Below are positions 1 through 10,037 of a DNA stretch of 64,000 nucleotides, one piece after another. The notes under the pieces were generated by a model. It ran no database searches and was not told the DNA's origin. It was given only the letters and a program-made list of their open reading frames with translations. The DNA comes from a virus. The translations under genes were made by a program, and so were the position numbers. Location: IMG/VR virus record IMGVR_UViG_3300037657_000053, positions 1 to 64,000 of that record. One strand, written 5' to 3'. Numbering within the stretch: the stretch's first letter is position 1; each line of letters starts with the position of its first letter.

Positions 1-82
1 CTGCCCCCCCCCCCCCCGCGAGCGGGGGGGGCTCGGTCGTTTGGAAACCCGGGTTTCCAAGGCTCAAGAAAAAAGTTCGCCC

Positions 83-168
83 CCTCGAAAAAAGTTCTTG
101 ACCTTCCTGCCTCGATAGCGCATAACAGAATCATCAGGGCAACGGAGCCCGAAGGAAAGAGAGAGAAC
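83..168 (+). promoter_or_regulatory. Sigma70-type early promoter and leader, copy 1
   Basis: TTGACC (98-103), 17-nt spacer, CATAAC (121-126), A-tracts upstream; block duplicated at 1371-1457. Confidence 0.75.
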
Positions 169-465
169 ATGAAGACCGCGACGGAGCCGACGATCACTTT
201 CACCTCGAACGGTCTCACGATCGAGAATATCGAATCCGAGCGTATTTCTCCTGCTTATGCGCCCTTCGAGACGGTGTTTCGGAAGACGGCCACGATTGCG
301 CCTTCGGCGGGCGATCCCGATCGGCTCAACATTACGATTCGCACGACTCGGAATGCTGTTATTACGGGAGTTCACATCTTCCCCTTCAATTCCTCGAATC
401 GCTCGATCGTGGAGCATTTCTTCGGGGTCGACTTGGCGACAAAGCTCTTCGAGCTCTTTGCTTAG
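169..465 (+). CDS. Hypothetical early protein
   Basis: 98-aa ORF directly after the promoter and a purine-rich RBS. Confidence 0.7.
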   Translation: MKTATEPTITFTSNGLTIENIESERISPAYAPFETVFRKTATIAPSAGDPDRLNITIRTTRNAVITGVHIFPFNSSNRSIVEHFFGVDLATKLFELFA

Positions 466-496
466 ATCGCTTTTCTGTTCAAAGGCGGGTGAGATC

Positions 497-1003
497 ATGG
501 CGCGATTCGTGAACATTGAAACTCGAGAGCTCGAAGGTTTGCTCGAAGAGATCGGCGAAGCCGTGACTCGTTGCGGGGGTTCCTATCGGTGGAGTGTGCA
601 GGGAACCGAACGACTCTTCGTGATCGCGGTTCAACCTCGCCCGGGCTTCGCCCGAGAGGTGAAGGTCTTCACGACACTCTCGGCCGGGGCGAGCGAGGTT
701 CGGGAGTGTGGAGCCGACGCGATTCGAGTGATCCCAGGGGCTCTCATCGACGAAACCTTCAAGCCGCTCTCGGGGGGCGTGAAGGTTCTTCGGACGGCTC
801 CGAGGGGTGAACATCGGGCGCGCGTTGCATTCTTCCTCGGGCGGCTCAAGGGGATCATTCGGCAAGCCTACAAAGAAGCCGGTTCGGCTCGGGCTTGTCC
901 GGTTTGCGGTTCTGTCATGGTCGAGAGGAAGGGGCGGAACGGCGCCTTCCTCGGTTGCTCGGGTTTCCCGGGTTGTCGACATACTCAAACCATCGGGCGG
1001 TAG
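497..1003 (+). CDS. Protein with C-terminal topoisomerase-type C4 zinc ribbon
   Basis: CPVCGSVMVERKGRNGAFLGCSGFPGC; start moved to ATG 497 after GGTGAG. Confidence 0.75.
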   Translation: MARFVNIETRELEGLLEEIGEAVTRCGGSYRWSVQGTERLFVIAVQPRPGFAREVKVFTTLSAGASEVRECGADAIRVIPGALIDETFKPLSGGVKVLRTAPRGEHRARVAFFLGRLKGIIRQAYKEAGSARACPVCGSVMVERKGRNGAFLGCSGFPGCRHTQTIGR

Positions 1004-1060
1004 TTCGGGGCTCTCAGGAGGGCTTCTCGCCCCCGGAAAAAGGGTTCGTGAGGTGAAGCC

Positions 1061-1366
1061 GTGATCAAGCTAGGGGAGATTGAAGGGGCCCGGGAACGCG
1101 ACGATCTCAACTCGACCGATCGAGCTCTCATCGCGACCTTCGACGTTCTTCGCCCGAGGTTCGGTGCGATGATCGCCGAAGAGCGAGCGAGGAACCTCGT
1201 TTGTGGTTTGATTTACTGCGAAGGCGAGCCCCCTCGAGAGCTCGTGATCGAAAGTCTCATGGTGATTCGGCGACATACCTTCGGGCCGATCGAGCTCGCC
1301 GATGAAGAGTTAGAAGAGCTTGCCCGAGAAATCATTGAGAATTTTCGCCCCCTCAAACTTTTTTAG
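1061..1366 (+). CDS. Hypothetical protein
   Basis: GAGGTG RBS before GTG start. Confidence 0.65.
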   Translation: MIKLGEIEGARERDDLNSTDRALIATFDVLRPRFGAMIAEERARNLVCGLIYCEGEPPRELVIESLMVIRRHTFGPIELADEELEELAREIIENFRPLKLF

Positions 1367-1370
1367 CTCA

Positions 1371-1457
1371 CCTCGAAAAAAGTTCTTGATCTTTCTCTCT
1401 CGATAGCGCATAACAGAATCATCAGGGCAACGGAGCCCGAAAGGAAAGAGAGACGAA
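1371..1457 (+). promoter_or_regulatory. Sigma70-type early promoter and leader, copy 2
   Basis: TTGATC (1386-1391), 17-nt spacer, CATAAC (1409-1414); 43-nt block 1399-1441 identical to 111-153. Confidence 0.75.
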
Positions 1458-1904
1458 ATGGAAAACCACGAGAGCCACAAACTGACCGGGATCGACGCAA
1501 TCTTCAACTTCATCCTTGGCGGGATCGCGATCTTCACGATCGTGAACACCCTCACCGGCCGCCGATTCACCTTCAAGGTCACGAAGAAAGATGTCGGCGA
1601 CGGGAAGACCCTCTTCTTCGTCGGCGTTCTTTCCGGCCCCGACAACGGCGCCGATTACAACTTTCTCGGAACCATCTTCGACGACGGTGTCTATCGTCAC
1701 GGGAAGAAGAGCCGAATCGGACAAGACGCAATGAGCGCAAAGGCGTTCGCTTGGCTCATGGGGCGGCTCGAGACTCGCACTGATCTCGGCCCGGTCGAAT
1801 TCTGGCACGAGGGGCGTTGCGCCCGTTGCGGTCGTCGGCTCACGACCGTTGAGAGCATCAAAAGCGGTTTCGGTCCGGTGTGTCTCGAGAAGCTCGCCGC
1901 GTAA
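1458..1904 (+). CDS. DUF6011-like zinc-binding phage protein
   Basis: C-terminal GRCARCGRRLT..ESI..GFGPVC motif. Confidence 0.75.
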   Translation: MENHESHKLTGIDAIFNFILGGIAIFTIVNTLTGRRFTFKVTKKDVGDGKTLFFVGVLSGPDNGADYNFLGTIFDDGVYRHGKKSRIGQDAMSAKAFAWLMGRLETRTDLGPVEFWHEGRCARCGRRLTTVESIKSGFGPVCLEKLAA

Positions 1905-1918
1905 CGGCGACCGGGGGG

Positions 1919-1952
1919 AAAAGGGGGCCCTTCGGGGCCCCCTTTTCTTTTT
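1919..1952 (+). terminator. Rho-independent terminator
   Basis: AAAAGGGGGCCC-TTCG-GGGCCCCCTTTT followed by a T-tract. Confidence 0.9.
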
Positions 1953-1956
1953 CTGT

Positions 1957-1985
1957 TTGACAATTTGATCGGCGGCCCGTATAAC
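1957..1985 (+). promoter_or_regulatory. Sigma70-type promoter
   Basis: TTGACA, 17-nt spacer, TATAAC. Confidence 0.8.
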
Positions 1986-2004
1986 AGAGACAAGCGGTGA
2001 GACA

Positions 2005-2337
2005 ATGCCCCCACGAAAAAAAGTGAAGAATTCCACCCCCGCCCCCGCCCCCGAGGTGAAGTCGTCTCACGGCGGAAGGCGCGAAGGCGCCGGTCGGAAG
2101 CCAACGGGCGGAATGGCGATGAACACCGGGATTTATATTCGTTGTTCAACAGAACAGAAAGAAGCTCTCGGCGCCTTCGTGCGAGAGCTCTCGAAAGCTC
2201 GCGAAGCTCAGGACTTGCCGAAAGTCGATCTCTCGACTTGGCTTCGAGAGCTCGGGTTGAAGCATAGTGGGAACGAGGAGTTCGGGCTTGCCGCGCAAGC
2301 CCGGAAGGCGGCCGAAGATCTCGGCTCGATCGTGTGA
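2005..2337 (+). CDS. Small putative DNA-binding protein
   Basis: HGGRREGAGRK motif followed by a ribbon-helix-helix-like segment (IYIRCS..QKEAL). Confidence 0.65.
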   Translation: MPPRKKVKNSTPAPAPEVKSSHGGRREGAGRKPTGGMAMNTGIYIRCSTEQKEALGAFVRELSKAREAQDLPKVDLSTWLRELGLKHSGNEEFGLAAQARKAAEDLGSIV

Positions 2338-2345
2338 GGTGAATC

Positions 2346-2918
2346 GTGGAAGGAAAGGGGCTTGATTTGTTCGTCGTCGACGACGTTCTCCCCGACCCCC
2401 CGCCCGACCCCCCGGCCGAGAAGTCGAGGGTCGAACGGTCCTTCGGGCCTTGTGTGGTGTGTCACATTCCAGGCGAACTCGTTCATGCCTTCGACGAACG
2501 AGTCTATCGGGACGGCGCTTGTCCCGATTGCTTGCTTCACCGAACGAGCGAGCTCACGACCGAATACCGGCTCGACTCTCGGATCATGGCGCCCATGGTC
2601 TTTGTCGCCCGAGCTCTTCGAGGTGAAGAACCCTTCGCTTCGGTCCTTCGGGCCGCTGACTCTCAGAACCCCGAGAAGGTCGAAGCGACCTTGAAGAAGT
2701 TCGGGGGTGAACTCGTTCGAGATCGTCAAGAGGTTGAGCTCGAACAAGCTCGCTCGATCCTTCGTCGACAGGGGTTTCTCTCGACGGGCGGGGGGAAGCC
2801 GAACAACAAGCAACGGCGAGCGGCGGCGGCGATAGCCCGCCGTGAAGCGAGACGGGCTCTCAGAGCGGAGAAGCGGAAGGCCCGGGGCAACGGGGCCCCG
2901 AAGAAGCGGAAGCCTTAG
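2346..2918 (+). CDS. Hypothetical protein with two CxxC motifs and basic C-terminus
   Basis: CVVC...CPDC; GAGGTG RBS. Confidence 0.6.
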   Translation: MEGKGLDLFVVDDVLPDPPPDPPAEKSRVERSFGPCVVCHIPGELVHAFDERVYRDGACPDCLLHRTSELTTEYRLDSRIMAPMVFVARALRGEEPFASVLRAADSQNPEKVEATLKKFGGELVRDRQEVELEQARSILRRQGFLSTGGGKPNNKQRRAAAAIARREARRALRAEKRKARGNGAPKKRKP

Positions 2919-2952
2919 AGGGGCGTTCTCGCGCAAAGGGGAAGGGGTCACC

Positions 2953-3591
2953 ATGACGAAGAATACGATGAAGTCGGCGACGATCATCATAATCGTTGTC
3001 GCGATCGGGCTCGGGGCGATCGCGGGGGTGATCTATGGGGTGACGACTCACCGAGAGGCGACCTTCGCGGAAGGGGCGGCCGAATGGCCCCTCGAGAGTC
3101 TTCCTCTCGGGGTTACTTGCTCGGGCTACACTCCCGAGCTCGGAGCGCAGTGTCGCACTGTTGAACGAGCCTTCGGCGCCTTCAATGATCGGGTCGGCTT
3201 CAAGCTCTTCCTTTGGGGGGCGCGAGAACCGGTTGTCTTCGTTACGGTTGGGGTTCCGAGGAATGCCGCTTCCGACCCTACGGGCAATGGTCAAGACGGA
3301 GAGGGGGCGCTCTATCACAACGGCGAGAACACCGGGCTCTTCTCTCGAGGGGACGTAGCTCATCGGTGCGAGGTGAGAACCTCGAACACCGGCGACGATT
3401 CAACTCTTTGGGTTGTGAGCTACCATGGCGCCGGTCATTGTGTCGGGCTCGGTCACGATCCGGCCGACTATTCGATCTCGGTCATGAGAGAGGTTCAACC
3501 CGACACGATCGCCGAAGACGGCCCGGCGAAACTTCCTCACCTCACCGATTCCGACCGGGCCGCCGTTCGAGCTCGCTACATGCGACAGTAA
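2953..3591 (+). CDS. Membrane-anchored matrixin/metzincin-like protein lacking the catalytic Glu
   Basis: N-terminal hydrophobic helix; HGAGHCVGLGH followed by SVM (Met-turn position). Confidence 0.65.
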   Translation: MTKNTMKSATIIIIVVAIGLGAIAGVIYGVTTHREATFAEGAAEWPLESLPLGVTCSGYTPELGAQCRTVERAFGAFNDRVGFKLFLWGAREPVVFVTVGVPRNAASDPTGNGQDGEGALYHNGENTGLFSRGDVAHRCEVRTSNTGDDSTLWVVSYHGAGHCVGLGHDPADYSISVMREVQPDTIAEDGPAKLPHLTDSDRAAVRARYMRQ

Positions 3592-3648
3592 ACCCGAGTT
3601 TCCATGGGCTCGGGGATCGTTTATTCTCAGAAACGGAAGGGGTCAATC

Positions 3649-3972
3649 ATGTCGTCGAAAGCAAGATACAACCTTCGGCTTCGGATCTTCGAGCAACCGA
3701 TCGCGAATCCGAAGACGCTCGAAGAATCCGAGCGGAATCGAACCCCGATCGAGCTTACGATCCCTCCGACGGATCGGGTGATTCGCGGACGTAACGTCGA
3801 CGTGGTTCGTCGTCTCGCTCGTGATTACGCCGAGAAGACTTTGAAGCGTCGCGTTCGCTCGGTCTCAATGGGCCCCGAGGGGCTCTCGGTCGTGGTATAT
3901 GGTGAAGGCGTCAACCTTCTTTCGGGTGCTCCGGTTTCAGCAAAGTCACTTACGAAGGGGCTTCCCCGATGA
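3649..3972 (+). CDS. Hypothetical protein
   Basis: AAGGGG RBS; stop overlaps the portal start. Confidence 0.65.
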   Translation: MSSKARYNLRLRIFEQPIANPKTLEESERNRTPIELTIPPTDRVIRGRNVDVVRRLARDYAEKTLKRRVRSVSMGPEGLSVVVYGEGVNLLSGAPVSAKSLTKGLPR

Positions 3973-6068
3973 ATAGCCGAAAGAAGAAGGCGACCCGTCC
4001 GATTCGAGAGCCGTTCCGAGTTTCCAATTTGAGCGACGAGATCGCTAAGGAAGAAGACAAAGAGGGGGCGTTCTTTGGCGACGCTGAGAGAGGATTTGAT
4101 GAACTCACCGAACGCGGTCTCAATGATCGCTTTCCTCTGGTGAAGGCACACTTCCTAGGTTCCGATGGTTCAAACGTCAAGCCGATTGAAGAACGATCCT
4201 ATGACGAGAGGATCTTTTCTCGAGAGGGTGCTCTCTCACCTCCATACTCGCCCGAGGTTCTTTGCAAGATTCATGAACATTCAAACGCCTTGCGGCAAAA
4301 CATCGACGCCTATTGTGTGAATATTGATGGGAATGGACATCGGTTCGATCCGGTGATCGATCTCGAAGCCGACGAAGCCTTTGAGAAGGTTCGCGATGCA
4401 ATGTTCATCGATCGGATCTCCATAAGCGATGACGAGGGGAAGGGCGAGACTCCTGATTTTCCGAGCGACGAGGAAGTTGAAGCCACGATCGATGAGATGG
4501 AAGATGAGATGAGACTCGAGAAGGCTCGTGTTGAGACCTTCTTTCGTTTTTGTTGTCTCGACGAGAGTTTCATCTCTCTTCGCAAGCGGACCCGGCAAGA
4601 TCTAGAGATCATGGGGAATGGATTTTGGGAAGTGATTCGAGATGATTCGGGATCTCTTGTTCAATTTACCTATATTCCCGGTTTCACTTCCCGGCTTATG
4701 CCCCTTGATTCTTCGTTGGTTGAGACGACGACGAGGATCAAGCGAACTCCGATATCGTTTCAAAATCTCAGGGTAAACCGTCGCTTTCGTCGATTTGTTC
4801 AAGTGTTCGAGGGCGCGCGAGTTTTCTTCAAGGAATTCGGCGATCCTCGGATCATGAGTTCTCAAACCGGGGAGTATTACAAAGATGTCGATGCTCTCGA
4901 GAAGGAAGAGGGAAAGGGAATCTCGCAAGCAACCGAGGTGATTCATTTCTCGATACACTCTCCTCGATCGGCTTATGGTATTCCCCGGTGGATTGGAACC
5001 CTTCTTGCGGTTCTCGGCTCGAGACAAGCTGAAGAGGTCAACTTCCTCTATTTCGAGAACAAGTCGGTTCCGCCGCTCGCGATTCTCGTTTCCGGAGGAA
5101 CTCTCTCGAAGGATTCGGCGAGCGGCTTGCAAGATTACATCAAGACACACCTCAAGGGTCGACAGAATTTTCATAAGATCCTGGTGATCGAGGGGGTTTC
5201 TTCGTCTGCCAGTCTTGACGGCCAAGCCGGTCGAATGAGAATCGAAATTGTTCCTCTTACAGGAGCTCAACAAAAGGACGCTCTCTTTCAGAGCTATGAT
5301 GAGCGGAATATCGACAAGATCGGAATGAGTTTTCGGCTTCCTCGACTTCTTCGAGGGGATATCCGTGATTTCAACCGGGGGACGGCAGAAGCCGCTCTTG
5401 AATTCGCAGAAATGCAAGTGTTCGCGCCCGAGCGAGAAGATTTCGATTGGTTCATAAATCGAAAGATCATAGCCGAACTCGGGATCAGATATTGGGAGTT
5501 TCGTTCTAATTCTCCCAATGTGACCAATCCGATTGATCTCGCTGAGATGATTTCGCAACTTGTGCGAGAAGCGATCCTCACCCCCGAGGAAGCTCGCGAA
5601 CTCGCGCAAGGTATTTTCAATCGCGACTTCAAGCGGATTGATGAGATCTGGACAAAGATCCCTCCGAAGCTCTTGATCTCCGGTATCCTGCCTGAGAACG
5701 TGGAAGGCTTCGACCTTCTCGAGCCGGATGAAAAGGAATCCGACGACGAGACAAGCGATAATGAGCTCGAAGATGTCGCCGAGAAGGTAACCATTGGGAA
5801 GCGGCTTCGAGTTCGTTCGCAACGTTTGAAACTCTCGAAGAGGTATCGCAAGGCGAATCGAGCCCGGGGGCTTCGGAAGCTCGCTCAAGATCTCGTCTCA
5901 CTTCGGAACGTTCTAGACGAAGCCGAGCGAATCGAAGCGAAGAAGAGTTTCAACATCTCGAAAGCCGAGCTCAACGAATCGGGCGATATCGCCGATATGA
6001 ACGTTCCTCGAGAGACGATCGAGGTTCCAGAAGCCGAGCTTGCTCGATTCTTCGAGGATCGGTCATGA
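3969..6068 (+). CDS. Portal protein (PBSX-like family)
   Basis: DLEIMGNGFWEVIRD, EVIHF....PRSAYGIPRW, YFENKSVPP, FRLPRLL motifs; first head gene. Confidence 0.9.
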   Translation: MNSRKKKATRPIREPFRVSNLSDEIAKEEDKEGAFFGDAERGFDELTERGLNDRFPLVKAHFLGSDGSNVKPIEERSYDERIFSREGALSPPYSPEVLCKIHEHSNALRQNIDAYCVNIDGNGHRFDPVIDLEADEAFEKVRDAMFIDRISISDDEGKGETPDFPSDEEVEATIDEMEDEMRLEKARVETFFRFCCLDESFISLRKRTRQDLEIMGNGFWEVIRDDSGSLVQFTYIPGFTSRLMPLDSSLVETTTRIKRTPISFQNLRVNRRFRRFVQVFEGARVFFKEFGDPRIMSSQTGEYYKDVDALEKEEGKGISQATEVIHFSIHSPRSAYGIPRWIGTLLAVLGSRQAEEVNFLYFENKSVPPLAILVSGGTLSKDSASGLQDYIKTHLKGRQNFHKILVIEGVSSSASLDGQAGRMRIEIVPLTGAQQKDALFQSYDERNIDKIGMSFRLPRLLRGDIRDFNRGTAEAALEFAEMQVFAPEREDFDWFINRKIIAELGIRYWEFRSNSPNVTNPIDLAEMISQLVREAILTPEEARELAQGIFNRDFKRIDEIWTKIPPKLLISGILPENVEGFDLLEPDEKESDDETSDNELEDVAEKVTIGKRLRVRSQRLKLSKRYRKANRARGLRKLAQDLVSLRNVLDEAERIEAKKSFNISKAELNESGDIADMNVPRETIEVPEAELARFFEDRS

Positions 6069-7132
6069 GCTCGCTTCTTGAAGAGAACGGACTGTGCGAG
6101 TGTGCTCGTCTTACCGAAGACCTTCTCGAGAAAGCCTTTCGTGTGAACGTTCGGAAGGCTCTTGATCCTCTCGATCCCGACGACTTTCTTGTAATATCGG
6201 CTCGTCTCTCGAGAGCTCTTGCGAATGTCTCTCGGGCAGAGCAGGGAGCGGCTCTCAAGGCGGCTCTCAATGTACTTGATGTCGATTGGGAGAACATGAC
6301 TCCTGCCGCACGTCGCGAGGTAATTCGTGCGGCCCGAGAGGTTGTCGCCGGTCTTCCTCAGAGGATCATTCCTCCGATCACGAGAGAGCTCGAGGTGAGG
6401 GGCTCTGCAATTGTGCGAGGGGCTCGTCGATCTGTAAAGGCTCGAACGGGGGCTTCGATCGGCGTGAATATGGCTCTTCAAGATCAACGGATCGTTGATC
6501 ATCTCGCTTCGAGTCAAGGCTTCTTCGTCACCAACCAATATATCGAGCGGGCCGAATTCTTCTCGGCTCGAGCTCGAAACATCGTCGCCGAAGGTCTCTC
6601 TCAGGGGCTCGGTCAAGATGAGATCGCACGAATGCTTCGGGCTGAGATTGGCAATGCTCTCGGTCCGGCTCGTTCGGGTCGCTATTGGAATTTGATCGCG
6701 AACGTCTTCGTGAATCGAGCTCGAACCTACGGGCAACTCGCGAGCTATTCTGAGGCGGGGATCGAGAGGTATCGCTTCGAGGCCATACTCGATGAACGCA
6801 CTACCGAACAATGTCGCATGTTGCACGGGCGAGAGTGGGAGGTTCGGCGTGGACTTCAACAGCATATCGACGTTGCCGGGTCACCCGATCCCCAAGCCGT
6901 GAAAGATATTATGCCGTGGTTCCGAACCGGGCGAGATGAAAACGGAGATCGGGTGATCTTCTCTCAAAACCAAGCCGGCGAGAGAACGATCATGGCAAGA
7001 ATTCTTGAACCTGGGATTGGTGTGAGAGATCGAATCGGTAGGTACGAAACGACGCGAGCACTCAATGAGATATCAGCCGTTCAACCCCCTCTTCACGGAT
7101 TATGTAGGTCCACGATAGTTGCATCTCTCTAA
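6065..7132 (+). CDS. Minor head protein (SPP1 gp7/MuF family)
   Basis: AILDERTTEQCRMLHG and terminal PPLHGLCRS; follows portal. Confidence 0.85.
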   Translation: MSSLLEENGLCECARLTEDLLEKAFRVNVRKALDPLDPDDFLVISARLSRALANVSRAEQGAALKAALNVLDVDWENMTPAARREVIRAAREVVAGLPQRIIPPITRELEVRGSAIVRGARRSVKARTGASIGVNMALQDQRIVDHLASSQGFFVTNQYIERAEFFSARARNIVAEGLSQGLGQDEIARMLRAEIGNALGPARSGRYWNLIANVFVNRARTYGQLASYSEAGIERYRFEAILDERTTEQCRMLHGREWEVRRGLQQHIDVAGSPDPQAVKDIMPWFRTGRDENGDRVIFSQNQAGERTIMARILEPGIGVRDRIGRYETTRALNEISAVQPPLHGLCRSTIVASL

Positions 7133-7196
7133 AGCGTTGGCAGTGTAATAATACGCGGGTTGGAAACCCGGGTTTACAACAAGGGGAAGCGAAGTC

Positions 7197-7613
7197 ATGT
7201 CGCTATCAATCAACCTTGCAAGGTTCACGAAGGGCGAGCTTGTGAAACTCGCCACCGAAGAGTGGCACGGGAGAACCGTATTTGCGATCATTGAAGCGAT
7301 CGATCAATCTTTCGAGAACGATCAAGTAATTCGACCGGTTCGCACGCAATCCGAGATTGAGCGACGGTTCGAGATCTGTATCAGGTGGTTCGTTGAGCTT
7401 CGGCGCGAACTTCATTGGTCGATCCCTCGAATCCTTGATGCTCTTCCGATGGCGCTCCGGTCGGCTCTCGACGGAATCCCGTTCAACCCCGACGAAGAGC
7501 GAGCGGCTTGGCACGGTGCGATCGGCCCCGAACTCGAAGTCGACGGTGAAGATTTGGTCGGTGAGGTTCCCAACGTGGTGGGGGCGATCGAGGCGGAAGA
7601 CTATCTCGATTGA
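7197..7613 (+). CDS. Hypothetical protein
   Basis: AAGGGG RBS; lies just after a palindrome copy. Confidence 0.7.
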   Translation: MSLSINLARFTKGELVKLATEEWHGRTVFAIIEAIDQSFENDQVIRPVRTQSEIERRFEICIRWFVELRRELHWSIPRILDALPMALRSALDGIPFNPDEERAAWHGAIGPELEVDGEDLVGEVPNVVGAIEAEDYLD

Positions 7614-7703
7614 CCCCGAACAACTTTCGTGTGATCTTGAGCTCTCGAGTTTTTTCTGAGAAAGTGGCTTAGGGGCTCGGTTCCCGACAGAGGAGAAGAT
7701 GAA

Positions 7704-8444
7704 ATGTCGATGAGTGACAATCTGGAAAGACTGACGAAGGCGGTCGAGAAACTCACGGACAACGGCGGCGGCTCTGTCGAGATGAGCCCCGAAGACTTCA
7801 TTGCCTACGCGGCCGGGCAGATCGAGAAGATGTCCAGCGACACCCCCGAGGTGAAGACGAGGCGCGTTGCCGCTCTCAAGGCGAACGTCGAAGCGATCAC
7901 GAAGAACTTCGAGGGGCCGACGGCGATCCCCCTAACCGGGCTTCTCTCGGTGATCCAATTCGCCGATCCCGATCAAGTGCAGACCACGATCAAGACGATC
8001 GAGCCGATGGGAGTCGGCGGCGGGCCCGACAATTTCTCGATCAACGGCGAGCAAGCTGCCGTCAACGGCGCGGGCGCGGCCCCGACCGGTCAACTCGTCC
8101 CCGCCCCCATGGCGGCCGGTTCGGGATTCGAGAGCCCGGCGATGGAAACCTTCGCGAAGGCTCTCGAGGGGCTCACGAAGGCTCTCATCGGGATCGCCGA
8201 CGAGACCCCTTCTTCCGAGGGCGAGACGGGCTCTCAGACGGTCGGAACGTCTGAGGGTGACCCGAAGCCCGTCAAGAAGAACGACGGTTCTGAGAAGGCT
8301 TCTGTCGCGAAGGTCGCGTTGTGGCCGATCGACATGAACACTCCCTTCGGGCGTGGCGAGACCGACGACGACGATGATCCGGAATGGGGGCGCGATGGAT
8401 CGGAGGTTCCCGACGACGCTGCGCCGGCTTCCGACGGGAATTGA
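7704..8444 (+). CDS. Acidic head-associated protein, possible second scaffold
   Basis: GAGGAG RBS; shares WPxDMN and AVEKLT with the 10038 ORF. Confidence 0.65.
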   Translation: MSMSDNLERLTKAVEKLTDNGGGSVEMSPEDFIAYAAGQIEKMSSDTPEVKTRRVAALKANVEAITKNFEGPTAIPLTGLLSVIQFADPDQVQTTIKTIEPMGVGGGPDNFSINGEQAAVNGAGAAPTGQLVPAPMAAGSGFESPAMETFAKALEGLTKALIGIADETPSSEGETGSQTVGTSEGDPKPVKKNDGSEKASVAKVALWPIDMNTPFGRGETDDDDDPEWGRDGSEVPDDAAPASDGN

Positions 8445-8452
8445 GGCGAACC

Positions 8453-9970
8453 GTGCGCGCACGCCACCGAGCAACCGGTTGGGGCGATGGTGAAGAGGTT
8501 ACCGTCGATCCCAAAGAAGATATCAATTTTGATCAAGATCTTCCTTCGACGATCTCGAAGCGGAGACGTTTTCCTTCAACTTCCGATCTCGAAAATCCTC
8601 TCGGGGAAGGTAAGTATCGAGGAACCGATCTCGACTTCGACGAAGATCTTCCCGATTGCCGGGCGGTTGTGCAGATTGCGAAAGCGGCTCGAGAAGAAGA
8701 CGATCCCGAAAAGGTTCCTTTCCGCGTTCATCAGGGAGACAAAGTGGAAACCCGGGTTTCCACCCCCTCGCGCTTTCTACCTGTCGTGAAGGAAGCTTCT
8801 CGAGTCGATTTACCCGAGCTTGCGCCGGTCGTCCGTTACAATCGAGCTCTCGCAACGGCGACGATTCCAGTCGAGAAAAAAGCTATCCCCGAGCCGACTC
8901 ACGATCCGATCCCTGTCCCGACGACGGGTGAGGCGGGGGTTCGTATTCGGCAATTCGAGACGACTGTCGACTCGAAGGAAGAGCTTCTTCCATCGGTCCT
9001 CTCATGGGAAGCGGTTCGCAAGGGTGACATGCCCGAGCCGGGAACATCGGGGCTCCCCGAGAGTCTCGAGCAAGATGTTCCGCCAAAGTTCCGATTCTGG
9101 AAGTGTGACGATCCTTTCGATGCGAGAGCCGTTCGCGATGCTCTTGTGGAAGAGGGGTTGTTTGCGACTGAGACGGTTCGGAAGGTGAACGGAGAGTTGC
9201 GGCGTGCCGTCGTTGAGACTGTTCGGAAGTTCTTCCTCTCGCCGTCCTATGACCCCTCAGAGCCCGTTGAAGTTCCGCCCAACGTGAGACCCGTCGAGAA
9301 GGTTGCGAGCCTTCTCGAGCCCCTTCAGGGTCAACGAGACATGGTTCTCTTTGACGAGCAGATCACCGACGTTCTCGGGATTGACACGATTCTCGAGAAG
9401 GCAGGGGGTCTCGTTGCCGATTGGGTTGTCGCCGCTCGTGATTCTGAGCTCGTTCGGAAGGCGATCGGCGGGCCGGCGTTCAAGCTCAAGAGTCGAGCCG
9501 ATCTCGTGTTCGCCACGAACGCAACGATCGTGCGAGACGATCTCATCGAATGGGTTCAACTCGAACGCGCCGATGAGGTTCTCAAGTTCGCCCTTTCGGA
9601 AGGTCGAACGATCCCGATTCTCAAATCCAAGGAAGAGAGGATCGTTTATGGGATCGTTCTTGAGCCCGATGAAGTAGACTCGCAAAAAGACACGGTCTCG
9701 AAAGAGGAGATCGAACAAGCCTGTCACAAGTTCATGGAAGACTTCGGCGGTCTCGGCCGTCAACATCAAGAGCTCGTGAACGGGAAGCTCGTTCTTCTCG
9801 AGAACTTCATCGCCCCCGTTGACTTCGAGGTTGACGGGCAACCGGTGAAGGCGGGATCGTGGCTCATGAAAGAAAGAGTCGTCGATGATCAACTTTGGGA
9901 ATCGGTGAAAAAGGGAAAATACACCGGATTCTCAATCGGCGGTTCTGCCGTTCGGAAACCCGTCAAATAA
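8453..9970 (+). CDS. XkdF-like prohead protease with long N-terminal extension
   Basis: C-terminal EERIVYGIVLEPD..DSQ.D, GSW, LW..VKKG.YTGFSIGG; GTG start after GAGGCGAA. Confidence 0.8.
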   Translation: MRARHRATGWGDGEEVTVDPKEDINFDQDLPSTISKRRRFPSTSDLENPLGEGKYRGTDLDFDEDLPDCRAVVQIAKAAREEDDPEKVPFRVHQGDKVETRVSTPSRFLPVVKEASRVDLPELAPVVRYNRALATATIPVEKKAIPEPTHDPIPVPTTGEAGVRIRQFETTVDSKEELLPSVLSWEAVRKGDMPEPGTSGLPESLEQDVPPKFRFWKCDDPFDARAVRDALVEEGLFATETVRKVNGELRRAVVETVRKFFLSPSYDPSEPVEVPPNVRPVEKVASLLEPLQGQRDMVLFDEQITDVLGIDTILEKAGGLVADWVVAARDSELVRKAIGGPAFKLKSRADLVFATNATIVRDDLIEWVQLERADEVLKFALSEGRTIPILKSKEERIVYGIVLEPDEVDSQKDTVSKEEIEQACHKFMEDFGGLGRQHQELVNGKLVLLENFIAPVDFEVDGQPVKAGSWLMKERVVDDQLWESVKKGKYTGFSIGGSAVRKPVK

Positions 9971-10037
9971 ACCTTTCCTCTTGCGTCCCTATTGATTCTT
10001 TGGCTAGAGTCGAAGAGTCGATTCTTGAGGCGAACAC

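Noticed and set aside
100-165. Hammerhead ribozyme on the minus strand (CTGATGA next to a hairpin, also near 1420)
   Set aside because: Stem II does not pair, copy 1 lacks GAAA, and the cleavage triplet is misplaced; a + strand promoter explains the conservation
8384-8452. Frameshift fusion of the 7704 ORF with the protease, or a start at 8384
   Set aside because: No slippery heptamer; GAGGCGAA followed by GTG at 8453 gives a normal start
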